Shown piece by piece: positions 12,942 to 24,480 of a stretch of DNA of 64,000 bases. Origin of the DNA: Styela clava (lineage: Eukaryota); assembly GCF_964204865.1 (NCBI RefSeq), contig NC_135260.1, forward strand, positions 14,198,001 through 14,262,000. Direction: 5' to 3'. The stretch's first letter is position 1, and every line of letters begins with the position of its first letter. The notes beneath the pieces are model-generated. The model was not told where the DNA came from. It saw nothing but the letters and a program-made list of their open reading frames with translations, and did not search any database. Both the position numbers and the translations under genes were made by a program.

Positions 12942-13306
12942 ATTCAACCTATATTTGGCAATTGAATAGCCTACATTCCGACCAGCTTTCCTATTTTCAG
13001 TCGCGCTTTTTATACCGCATGTTATATCGTTTTCTGGCAACCCTATTTTAAAGTTCCGAAAAATAGAGACTAGACTTTGGTCTTTGACAAAGAGACTATT
13101 TTGGTCACTTTGGTCTGTCGGGTCAGCCGGGGCGGATGACAGAAATAGCATGAAAAATAGAGAAGAGATCAAATCAATAAGCTGAAAACTGTCGAATTGA
13201 TAAACCTAGCTGTATTAAGTATACAATATTTCTGGCTCCTTCAATTACCGAAACGGGGAAGAATTTTCAACTAATGTTAAACCTTTTTTGACAAAGTTTA
13301 AGCAAC

Positions 13307-14038
13307 ATGACATTACTTTTAGCTTTCGATTTTGATCATACCATTGTTGATGCCAACACTGATACTGCAATTTATAAGCTCAGTCCAAATGGAGATATAC
13401 CATCTGAAGTCAAGTTACCATATAAAAAAGGGCAGTGGACAGCATATACTGCATATATGAATGCAGTTTTCCAATATCTTCATGCAGAATGCGGTGCAAC
13501 AAAAGACAGGTATGAGGAAGTACTAAGAATGCTTCCACTCACTGCCTACATGGATGAGATTTTTCAGTTTATTAGACAGCACCAGGCCAATATTGATTTT
13601 ATCATTATATCAGATTCGAATACATGGTTCATCGATATAGTATTGTCGCAACACAATGCTAAAGATCTCCCAATCAAAGTTTTTACCAATGAAGCATTAT
13701 TCAGAGATGATGGAATGCTTCAAATGACACCTTATCATATTCATGACCATGATATATGCCCTTACAATTTATGCAAAGGAAGAGTGATGCAGGAATTCAT
13801 TGCTGAACGTCAACTTGCTGGAAAATCCTACAGCAACATAGTTTATGTTGGGGATGGAACTAATGATTATTGTCCTGCAACTACTTTGAGTGATAAGGAT
13901 ATGTTATTTGCAAGAAAAGGATTCTCCCTACATAAAAAATTGATGAAACTCGAGAATGATGTTTTGAAGTGTGAAGTCGAGACATGGGAAAGTGGCGTTG
14001 AGATTCTTCCTTCTCTGAAAAAAATTCTTGAAAGTTAA
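13307..14038 (+). CDS. PHOSPHO2: PHOSPHO1/PHOSPHO2-family HAD phosphatase (pyridoxal phosphate phosphatase PHOSPHO2-like), single coding exon, 243 aa
   Basis: HAD motif I AFDFDHTI, motif II IIISDSN, CPYNLCKG and motif IV YVGDGTNDYCP, all typical of this family. Splice-acceptor-like ttttttgacaaag about 10 nt before the ATG. Confidence 0.9.
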   Translation: MTLLLAFDFDHTIVDANTDTAIYKLSPNGDIPSEVKLPYKKGQWTAYTAYMNAVFQYLHAECGATKDRYEEVLRMLPLTAYMDEIFQFIRQHQANIDFIIISDSNTWFIDIVLSQHNAKDLPIKVFTNEALFRDDGMLQMTPYHIHDHDICPYNLCKGRVMQEFIAERQLAGKSYSNIVYVGDGTNDYCPATTLSDKDMLFARKGFSLHKKLMKLENDVLKCEVETWESGVEILPSLKKILES

Positions 14039-14709
14039 ATAGTAAATACCTATATTAAAAAAAAATTCATGAGTCATATTTTTTTTAATTCATTTTTTTT
14101 TCATGCCAATAATGTGCAAAATTACCTTTGGGAAAATATTGGATTTTGTGAATGTTACACTGTGCATCAAGCATGACTATGACGCAATTCACTTCTACAG
14201 AATGTCTGTAATCTATTTTTTATCACATTTGTCTTTTTGTGAACAGGCATTAATAACCTGATTTGAAATATATTATGGGGTTTTGTTTGTAATATAATCT
14301 TGGTGACCCTGTACCATTGATAATATTATGACCTACATGCCATTTTAAACTAACAGTTGTTGAATTCAGCATGTTTTATTGTTGTGATATATATATTTAT
14401 AGAATAACATTTTGCACATTTGAATTTAATTGGTTATTATATTTAAAGCCTCAATTACTTCAAGTTTGTTTATTCTTTTAAGTTAGCTGCCTTTTTGTAG
14501 TCTTCTTAAGAGTGAGGGTGTGATGCACCTATGCAAATATTTGTATTCAATGTTGCCTATTTACGTACTTCAACTTTGTCACAAAAGAGCTAAGCACAGT
14601 TTTTAAAAATTGCTTATTTTCAAGCATTTATATTTTTAGACAATCATTCTTGTTGTAATTCAGTACAGAAATTGATCATACATAGTATGAGCATTTATAT
14701 TTACATTTA

Positions 14710-14765
14710 AATAAAGCATACTGGTACATATTTTATATCAATGTCATTATTTTCATGTATCACAG
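14710..14765 (+). promoter_or_regulatory. Poly(A) signal of PHOSPHO2 next to the splice acceptor preceding GDPGP1
   Basis: AATAAA at 14710-14715; acceptor ttttcatgtatcacag ending at 14765, 33 nt before the GDPGP1 ATG. Confidence 0.45.
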
Positions 14766-14797
14766 ATATTACCATATTTTTCTAATGTTCATCACAA

Positions 14798-17105
14798 ATG
14801 GAAAAGGGAAAACTTTTCACATATTCTGTTGATGATTTGATTGAAAAACCAGTTGAATGGGAAGAATGTGGGAAATGTTTGTCTGCATTTGACAAGCAAC
14901 TCCGAAATGCATGGGATAAGGCAGTAAAGGATGGTAAGTGATTAAAAGTAGTTCTGAATTTTCTGGTTTAATAGGAGAAAGTCCCAGTCAAGAAAATCTG
15001 GAAAGAAATTTACCAAATCTTGATCTAGTTGTCATAAGTATATGGGATGCCTGTGGAAACAATCAGGCTTGTGCCCTTGATCAACTAAACTGGAGCATTA
15101 AGTCCTTGCATTTATTTCTACCCAATTATTTTTTATCCATTGCTACTTTTACATTATCAATTTCATCTTTCTTTTCAAATTTTGTCTCTCGGCAACATAT
15201 ATTTTATCTGATATGAGAAGGTAGAATTATACCATTTCTAAGATAAAACAGTGTTTGAATAAATATATTAAAAGTATGTTTCATTGTGGATATTTCTTTG
15301 AAACTAGGTAATACCGGTATTGCCCTTTCTAGAAAAATTACATTTACTACTAAAGATGAGATACAACTCAAATTACTGTGGATTATGTGAGTCAATTCAT
15401 TTCAGCTACTTTTGGGTAGGTTTGTTTCGCTACTCATTGGATGATCTTGTTTACAAGAAGTTGAATTTACAGCAAAATGAAGACTTTCCTGTCCCTTGTG
15501 TCGCTCAGCTGAACCCACAGCGAGCAGTGAACAGAAGGAAAAGAGAATGTTTTGAATCTATGAATGATGATTTTGATGAAAAACAATTCAACTTCACAAA
15601 AATAGCAATACAAGAAATTTTAATGGAAGTTTGCTTAAAATCTGATGACAAGGTCATAACAAAAGAAAAAACTGAGATTTTGTTGAATATCAGTCCAATT
15701 GAATATGGTCATATTCTAATTGCAACGAATTTGAGCGATTGTCTCCCACAAAAACTAACAGTGAAATCACTACAAATTGCCTTCGATATTCTACAGCTAA
15801 GCTCCCAGCCAGGTGAGAACTGTCAGTTTATTACTCATATGGAAGATATCGAGTTCATGAATAATTATGAGAATAATGGACAAATGTTTAGAGAATTTGA
15901 ATAAAATTGATTTTTCCACCAATCAGATATTGCTTTTTCCCAAATATTTGTACATGAATCTTTATCGAAGCTCCTTTTTGTGGGGTTAGAGTTTACGTGT
16001 TTACTGACCAAATTGGTATTGAGATAGGTAGATTAAATTATTTAATGAAAATTCTTGCACTTCGCAGGTTTTCGGCTTGGGTTCAACAGTCTGCATGCAT
16101 GGGCTTCAATCAATCATTTGCATTTCCATGGAATGTACTGCGATCACGAAATTTTTGGTGATATATTGCCTGCAGAATATCATTTATCAAGTTCATGTGC
16201 ACTAATCAATATAGCAAGTCCTCTGCCTGCATTTGTCTTTGTTGTTCCTGATGGTGACAAAGGCAGGCGAAAGGTGGATCAATCATTTCATATATTTGCT
16301 ATTGCGTGCAAGCAATTTATTATATTCAAACTTTGCGCAATACTCTTGTCTCGAACCACAATCTGATCATGACCAAAAATATATGAATGATAATTTTTAC
16401 TTATTTCATATCGTTCTGGAAAAGGTATTTCTGGTTTATATTTTGCTTCAATCTGTTTAGTTGTCGTTCGCTGTCTAAGATGAGTGGAGAATCTGTTTAT
16501 TTCTATTAGCAAAATAAACTAAACTAAATTTAGTTCAGCCTTGCGATACCAGCAAATGTCCAGTTACGTTAGGACCATGAGATGTTACAATTTTTTCAAC
16601 TTTAAAAATTGACGAAAATTATTATTAAGTTTTAACTCGACGGAAGATCATGAACAGTATCATATTTTATTTGTAATCGACTGATGGAGATGGTGTATTT
16701 TGTGGAGGGGTAAATAATATCATGCAAAATCATAAGTAATGCTAAATTCTTTTTGCACAGATTGCAGAAGATGTTGTGAAAGTTACTGATTATCTTCATC
16801 AAATATCCACACCATACAATATACTTTTGAATCGAGGAAAATTGCTTCGGAAAGATGGTACTCAAAGTGATAAATGGACAACCAGAGCCTTGGTATTTCC
16901 CCGAAAATCAAGCAAAAATCTTCAACCTGCTGAACCGTTTGATGTAGCATGTATAGAAGTTGGTGGACATTTTCCTGTAAAGGCTAAGGCATCGTTCGAA
17001 GATTTAACGGATACTAAAGTTTCAAATTGCCTGAAAGAAGCTGCGTTAGAAGAAGAAGTTTTTAATGATATTGTCCAATATGTCAAAATCTTACTGTCGG
17101 GCTAA
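14798..17105 (+). CDS. GDPGP1: GDP-D-glucose phosphorylase 1 (VTC2-like HIT family), 4 exons
   Basis: Phase-consistent exons 14798-14933, 15420-15812, 16068-16273, 16761-17105. Family motifs GLFRY, AQLNPQR, FNFTKI, INISP-type [27 protein letters not shown] (HIT motif), PYNILL. Confidence 0.9.
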
Positions 17106-18355
17106 ATGATTGAAAAGTATGTTGAATGCAAATTTTTGCAGTTTTAATTCTTTTTTTAATCAATTACAATCAACAATCAATCGCACACCCGCCCGGACTG
17201 TAACGATGCCAGTAGTTTAGCTGGGCTGGTCTGAAAGTGGGCATCAATCACTACTGAAATTTACACATCACGATTACGTAAATTTCCAACGAAAAAGTCG
17301 ATTGGCAGAGGGCATATACAGGCTTGTTTCCAAATAATTGATAGACTTCATGCTCTAGTCTGCGTGTGCTATTTTGAAACAAGAAATTTTCCACTTGCAG
17401 CTCTGACATTTTCATTTAATGGTTATATGTCAATCATTTCGGCAACTGTACTCTGACATATATTTGAACATTAAAAAAGTAGACAGACAATAAATTGTAG
17501 AGATGCAAAGTTGAAAAAAGGTATATGAAAGTAAGCGCCCACTCACAAAAAAATAACACAAGCACACAAAACAGTGTTTTAATTCAAAATCGGGCAATAC
17601 TTTTAACTTGGTTTAAAATGAGGAAGCACCCAACAATCGCATATAAAAACCCGAATAGTTTCCGAGCAGTGATATGCAAAAAGCACTAGCGCGACAAATA
17701 CATTAACTTTACAATAACAGTGTAAGACTTCGAAACAGTGAAATTTAAAAATCGATGTAGAACAAATGTTTACTGAGCAACTTTTGTGGTAATTTGTCGC
17801 TGTTTTGTACAGTATCTAACGTATTCATAGCCGTTTCGGCTAACTTGTTCGGCTGTTTACCGTTTCTCTTCCGTCGTTCCCAGTACGATAAACAATACCT
17901 GTACTATGTCTGAATTTACTTAGTGCAGCGTATTTTGAAAATGGGTATTAGCTAGTTGATTTTTACATAGCACAACAGGATTGTCATAATTTAATCCACG
18001 TTAACGAGTTTGTCGAGCCCGAAAAATATATTTATAGATTTTGAAAAAGTCTAGAAAAAATGCTAAGTAAATATAGTAATGAAGACACCAAATCAACAAT
18101 ATTTCCGGTCTCAATATTCGTTGGGTATACTTTTACGAGACAATAGTACTAATCTTGCCTGCTGTAGTTTCAGGTGCTGATTGCGTCATCGGTTTTGCTT
18201 AACGTATGAAACAGATAACGCAAACGGAAAAGCATTTATATATATATATATATGAATGAAAATAATATATATATATATATTCAATACCAATCAAAAAAAT
18301 TTTGAATAAAAATACATAAAACGATTGGTTGTGTTATAGCATGTATTATTGGTAA

Positions 18356-19202
18356 ATGAATGTGATGTTACCGTATATTGCTATATCGTAAATTGTCTCT
18401 GACTTGCAAGTTACCCGTTCACCCTTCAGCTTCAACGCCCACGTGAATGAAGATGCGTTAAAAATCTCTATATGTTTTTATTCGTAAATTTCCACAACAC
18501 ACAGAATATAAATCTTATGACATTTATCCAGACTAGCTTAGAATGGTTTACATCGTCTTCTCTCTCCCTATCGAAAGATATCGGAGTCGTATTTATACGT
18601 TGATCATAAATCCAATTAAATACTGTAAACGTGAGCTCGTGATTCACGTTATAAACAGAAATTCCTATTATCTCAACAAGGGTAATTAGGTACATCGTAC
18701 GGATGGGAACTTAGATATAATTATTTCAATCAGTGCCAAAGGTCTTGAGAATATAGATTTTAATTTGATAATGACTGGATGGAACCTGTTATGTTCTTAA
18801 ACCTGGTGTAATTTGATTCCTACGAAAGTCTTTGTTCGAATTTTGGGAAAAATTAACTTTGTTTTCATATTTTTAACATGAAATGGGGTACATTTGGGGG
18901 TTAGTTGCTATATTATCTCCCCATCTTACTAACTGGAAGTTTAAAGATTTGGCACCCTCTAATAAATTGAAAATATATATTTCATCAATATAACACGTTC
19001 TGTACACCTATAGCATATATGGTTGTTAGATGAATGTGATGTTACCGTATATTGCTATATCGTAAATTGTCTCTGACTTGCAAGTTACCCGTTCACCCTT
19101 CAGCTTCAACGCCCACGTGAATGAAGATGCGTTAAAAATCTCTATATGTTTTTATTCGTAAATTTCCACAACACACAGAATATAAATCTTATTCCATTTA
19201 TC
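18356..19202. repeat. Two direct copies of a 173-bp sequence
   Basis: 18356-18518 is identical to 19030-19192 (163 bp); the match extends to 18528/19202 with 2 mismatches. Confidence 0.9.
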
Positions 19203-19455
19203 TCTCATTTGGGCCACTATTTGGACCGTTTGTTTTATCAAGAAACTTTGCCCAAAACTGAGAGATGAAGGACTTCCTAGAATACAACGGCTTCGGCAAT
19301 ACTTGGCTGCTCGCAGGGAACAAGTGAACCCTGTTGAACCACCTCAACCTCTTGTGCAAAACAATAGACAAGATCAGGGGGGTCAAATCTATCAATCCAG
19401 ACCAAATCCCAATAATAGATTAAATTCGAACTTATACCCTAGTCTGGCAGACTAG
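19186..19455 (+). pseudogene. Orphan terminal coding-like segment (hydrophobic stretch plus Pro/Gln/Asn-rich tail ending LYPSLAD*)
   Basis: 89-codon open frame ILFHLSLIWATIWTVCFIKKLCPK...NLYPSLAD* in locally GC-richer sequence, with no ATG or usable acceptor; it begins inside the second direct-repeat copy. Confidence 0.35.
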
Positions 19456-20953
19456 TCGAATAGCAATGCTCATATTGTACATATATATTATACTTTAACA
19501 TGATTTCTTTCTAACATGTGTTTTACGAAGAATTAAATACTTTGTGCATTTACATCAATACCTATAACAATAATATACCTCATGTATAACTATCTCAGGA
19601 ATAACTATATTTAATCTATCTTTATACAGCTTAAAATTTATTTTTTATTTTTAGTTGAATTTCATGAAAACAGCACGTCATTTCCGCCTTCTCAGCCCAA
19701 ATTGCATCCTTAGAATTCTCCGAACTCCTGCGGGGGAGTTATGTAGCCAATTAGTTGTTATGTAACTACAAAACTACACCAAATTGGCCCAATTCGTGAG
19801 AAACTCATGAAAACGAAAATTAATTATTCCCGTTATAGCAATTATCAATTTCTCAAAATCCAATTTCAAGATTTAATAGCATTTCGGTGCCATCCCATGT
19901 AAAAATAAAATTTATTTCCAGTAATATTCCAATAACGTAAATTCGAAATATCTTGTTAAAACCAAATTATCCACTTGAGAACAATTTTTTACATCTCATA
20001 ATTGGAGTAAGTACGTGACCAGGAACGCGGTGACTTGGCAATAACAAGTTAATTGCTAGTAATGAACTTCAAGAAAACACTTTTAATAATGTTTGATTAT
20101 AGTGAACCGAAAGCTAACCAGAAACCGGAATGACGCGTGATTCTTTAATCGTTAATGTAAAAATCTGTTTCTTTATTCTATTTTAATTGCTTGGTAGAAA
20201 GCTATATATTCAGCAATGTGTTTTGTGTTAATCAGACTAGATTTGATCAAATTGTGTGTACATTGTATTTCTGTATATATTGTCGGAATTGCAATAAACT
20301 CATAAGGTGTTTTCAAACGTCTCCTTACTACAGCCGAAGGCTATCGACAGATAGACAGTTCGAGTTAACGAACGCAAGACAAAACTATTGTCAGTCAATG
20401 CTGGGGTTATAATACATAAACCAGACCAATCTACAAACAATCTATGTGTAGTGGTAACTAATCACTATAGTGTAATACTGAAATTATTAACTTAAAATAT
20501 ATTCAAAAAGAATCCATAGACTTGCATCATGGCAGATTCACAGTCCACGTGTTGGTAAAATGGTTGGTAAAATGGTAAATACCGTTCATTGTACAAATTA
20601 TACTTGGATCTATCTCGTGAGCTACTATTAGTCATAAAAGCAATTAGTTGTGCGTTACATGCCACGTGTTCATCAAGGTTTCTGCTTATTGATGAAATCG
20701 TTCTTAAATATATAGACATCCATTTTGGTGCACATTTTCCCTACTACCCGTCTCTCTTGACGCTTCAGCAGCATCATTTACTTTAAAAATTTAATTTGTT
20801 TCTTTTCGTCACTGCTCCAGTGGAAGTTCGTCGTATAATGAACATTGTAATCTTTATTATTGGAAGATTTATTGCCCTGGTCGAAATTGGAGTTGCTTAC
20901 ATCCATGGTTGATAATCACCTTCCGAGTTTCAAGTTTTTGCTATTAATATATT

Positions 20954-22137
20954 TTATGTAACAGTGTGCAGATTAACTATCTCAGAGTCGTCGCAGTAAT
21001 CTTCATGAAATATTCTTTCCGCTCGTGATGTGCGTATGGAACTCCGAAACGCAAAGCTTTCTGTGCTATGATCTTGTGTTAATCCTCGTTCTGGAAACTC
21101 TAGTTTTGATAAATCTGGTTCACAACAACAGTTCTTGCGAGTCAGGTACAAAGTCAATAAAATTAGAAACACTGATAAAATAACGACAAACACGAATGCA
21201 GCTACGAATAATATCCATATCGAAATGGAATCTGCAAAGAAAAGTAATTTGAATTATTATAAATTTGAAAATCAGTCAAGTTTGCGCTAGTGCAAGATTT
21301 TTTTGGCGAATTTACAAACAAACGATACTGTCGTCTGCTCGTACTATAGACCTGCATAGTATCACTTTGCAGTTTGCACTACCTTAAATTTACCCCTGGT
21401 TATTTCAACTTACCTACGTATATATATGGGGTTTTACTTTTTGCGCAATTATTCAATCAAAATAAGAATTGTTTTAAAAATATTACTGTATCATGAGCCA
21501 TGTTTCCTGTAGCCATTCAATTCAAACATGACCTACCTTCACCTTGATTTCGGAAACTGTCGCTTTCCATTGGATCTCTTGGTCCCAAATATCGTGCCTG
21601 AAATTAAAAAATCTCAATGCAGGAATAGAAGAAATGGAAAAGGTTATGTTGAATTTTTGTAAATCTGAAACTTACCAGGCCTAAATGGTATATTTTATTA
21701 CGCTTCATATTTAGATGCAAATCTAGTCGCCTATTTATTTTTACCGCGCTGTTACTAGCGTATTCTGTGGAGGAAATTCTGAATATATATCTGAAGAAAA
21801 AAAACGCAAACACAGTCTAGCCTAGATTTGGAATGTGCTTCATTGGAAGCAAATAAGAGCTACTTAATGTGATTAGATTGGTCATCAAGGTAATCTCGAA
21901 TACACAACATCAATGAACTTATCAAAATGTACTGAAAAAATAAGTGATAAAGTCGGAGTTTTGTAGCAGAGATGACTTTATTTGAGAGGATATGATTAAA
22001 ATGTATCATTTGTAATATCAGTGAATTATCGAGTAAATTGTAACGTACATAAATTTTTTAGACCATAGAAAAGTACTTACTTCTGTGGACGAAAGTAGGA
22101 TCAGCATCACAAGAGTCGGGTGTTCAATTGTCCTCAT
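20954..22137 (-). CDS. Small orphan type I single-pass membrane protein (about 131 aa)
   Basis: Exons 22081-22137, 21537-21597 and 20954-21231 join in phase: MRTIEHPTLVMLILLSSTE|ARYLGPRDPMESDSFRNQGE|DSISIWILFVAAFVFVVILSVFLILLTLYLTRKNCCCEPD...TVT*. Signal-like peptide, TM helix, basic stop-transfer residues and a Cys cluster. Confidence 0.65.
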
Positions 22138-22259
22138 TTTTTATTTGCTTCAAGTTAATTGACTAGTCTGAGTATCAAATTTTTACGCAGATTGCTATAA
22201 GAAAGTTCAAAGTCGGTTATCAAATTAATTTTTAGCAAATATGTAACTCTAGTCTAGAG

Positions 22260-22680
22260 CAGGGGTCGGCAACCTTTTGTCGCTTGTGGGCCAAAATTAA
22301 GGGTTGCAAGTCATTGGCGGGCCGCACATATTTTTAGTAAGTTGGAAACTGAACAGATGATCCTTCTTATAATAAAAAATCAAGCAGTGATTCATCTCTC
22401 AAATAAAATATGGGTTTATTTCCTAATTGCATTGCATCTCAAAAAATCCCATTTGAATATTTTTCTGCGCCATCAACTTTTCTGCGTTTTGTTGCCATTT
22501 ACCTAATTATAATTAAATTATAGGCTCATTAAACAAGTAATTGTGGATTATATACTTGTTTGGTTATAATATAATTTAGTCTACACGTGTCTCACAATAG
22601 ATTCTGCCGTCTATCGTCAAATCAGCTGTTTTTTTACTATAATTCAGTGAAGCTTCGCGGGCCGAATTATTTTACGCCGC
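22260..22680. mobile_element. Truncated hAT-like MITE
   Basis: Begins caggggtcggcaacc after GTCTAGAG, with GCGGGCCG subterminal motifs at both ends; right TIR not found. Confidence 0.5.
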
Positions 22681-22831
22681 GGGAACATGAAATGCTTAAA
22701 CCTTGTTAGAACAATAAAAGAAAACTTATTGACTAGAGTATCTTTAAAAATATAATATTGTTAAAGCACTAGCATTCTGCCCGAGCACGTATAAACGTTG
22801 CAAAAACGACACTAATAGGATTTGAAAAACA

Positions 22832-23271
22832 ACTTCGGACTTGGGGTCTTGGAATATGGAATAAAGTCGAAATATATAATTTATTTAAATTGAACGTTAC
22901 TGAAAAGACATAATAATGGCAGTAAAAGCTAAACAAATTCGATCAGTTTAATGTCAACTATCACATTTTGGAAGGTTGACTATATCGAATCGACAAAAAA
23001 TAAACTGCTTATTTAAATAATAACAGTCGTCCAATATTATCAACAATATCTACTTCGGACTTGGGGTCTTGGAATATGGAATAAAGTCGAAATATATAAT
23101 TTATTTAAATTGAACGTTACTGAAAAGACATAATAATGGCAGTAAAAGCTAAACAAATTCGATCAGTTTAATGTCAACTATCACATTTTGGAAGGTTGAC
23201 TATATCGAATCGACAAAAAATAAACTGCTTATTTAAATAATAACAGTCGTCCAATATTATCAACAATATCT
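22832..23271. repeat. Perfect tandem duplication, 2 x 220 bp
   Basis: 22832-23051 appears identical to 23052-23271. Confidence 0.9.
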
Positions 23272-23677
23272 GATAAGTTGTTGGGACGAAAATATCCCCA
23301 ACTGCATATATCTATAAGTAGATTGTTGTCTCTTTAGAACGTTACTACCTTTATTCCACTTGTTTTTTTGTATCCCCTTGTCCCCCAAATTATGTATCTG
23401 CAGTATGGCAACCCTGGTCTTTGCAACAACGAACAAGTCCGCATTGTTTTTGGACTGAGTGTCGATTGAAAGAACAAATTTTATATTATATCACTTGCTC
23501 TTTCAACTGAAGCGTCGCCATATTGCTCTACTATACACCGAGATATTCCCCTTGAATTGAACACCTATCACTCCCACCGGTTATGCGCCTTTTGGCTTGG
23601 ACAACACCTGGATGATTCTGATTATCTAGGAATTTTAAAGGAGCTTGGGGATGAACTTGATACTCTCTTTTGTATTA

Positions 23678-24030
23678 CCTTGTTTCCCCGAAAATAAAAC
23701 TTGGTCTTGAAAAATACCACTAGGGCTTCTTTTCGGGAATGTCTTATATTTTTGTTCATCAAAAACAAAATTACAAAGTAGAGAATTATGAGATTTTAAA
23801 ATATACAAAATATGCAAACCGATATCCATTTACTTTCAAATAACACTTTTTTATTCAAAATAACTGCAAAACATAGATTATCAATTATTTAAAACGTGTA
23901 GGAGAAATTTCTTTCTATCGCCTAGGTCAAAAAAAATTTCGCGTTATTGACTAGGTCTTATTAAGAGGAGTGCTTATATTAAAATCATTCTTAGAATTCA
24001 GGCTAGGTCTTTTTTTTCGGAGAAACACGG
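23678..24030. mobile_element. Tc1/mariner-pogo type MITE
   Basis: TIRs ccttgtttccccgaaaa / ttttcggagaaacacgg, TA on the left flank, internal CTAGGTCTT repeats. Confidence 0.6.
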
Positions 24031-24382
24031 TTTCAACCCTTTCGGAACTGACTAATTTGGTATACTGGGTTTGAGGAAAACCAATTTATATTCGGTAGCA
24101 TACTCTGAGTTATACAGCAATGCATGTAAAGTGGAACTCATACTTGTTTCGTATAGTCTTACGCAGCAATTTACACCAACGCAAATTTTGATAGACTCCT
24201 AAATTCAATTTTGTTTAACACATTTGCTGGAAAACTCAACCAATAATTAACTAAATAAATAATACGTATATTGTACTTGATAAAATTTAATTGCATCTCT
24301 CACAACGTTTTATTTTGTGTTTATTACGAATTTCGGTGGCTCCAATTATTTGAACTTGAAATCACAACAAAACATTGAAACT

Positions 24383-24480
24383 CCTGAAGTATGCGTACCA
24401 AGATGGCGCACAACCTGAACTTAGGTTGTGTACCAGGTTAGGGTTCAGGTTATGCGACAACTTGATGCGCATACTTCAGG
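24383..24480. repeat. Short palindromic element (38-bp arms, 22-nt spacer)
   Basis: cctgaagtatgcgtaccaagatggcgcacaacctgaac pairs with gttcaggttatgcgacaacttgatgcgcatacttcagg at 33/38 positions. Confidence 0.7.

Noticed and set aside
13307-14038. Intronless PHOSPHO2 as a retrocopy or horizontal transfer
   Set aside because: Vertebrate PHOSPHO2 also has a single coding exon, and there is no poly(A) remnant, TSD or compositional anomaly.
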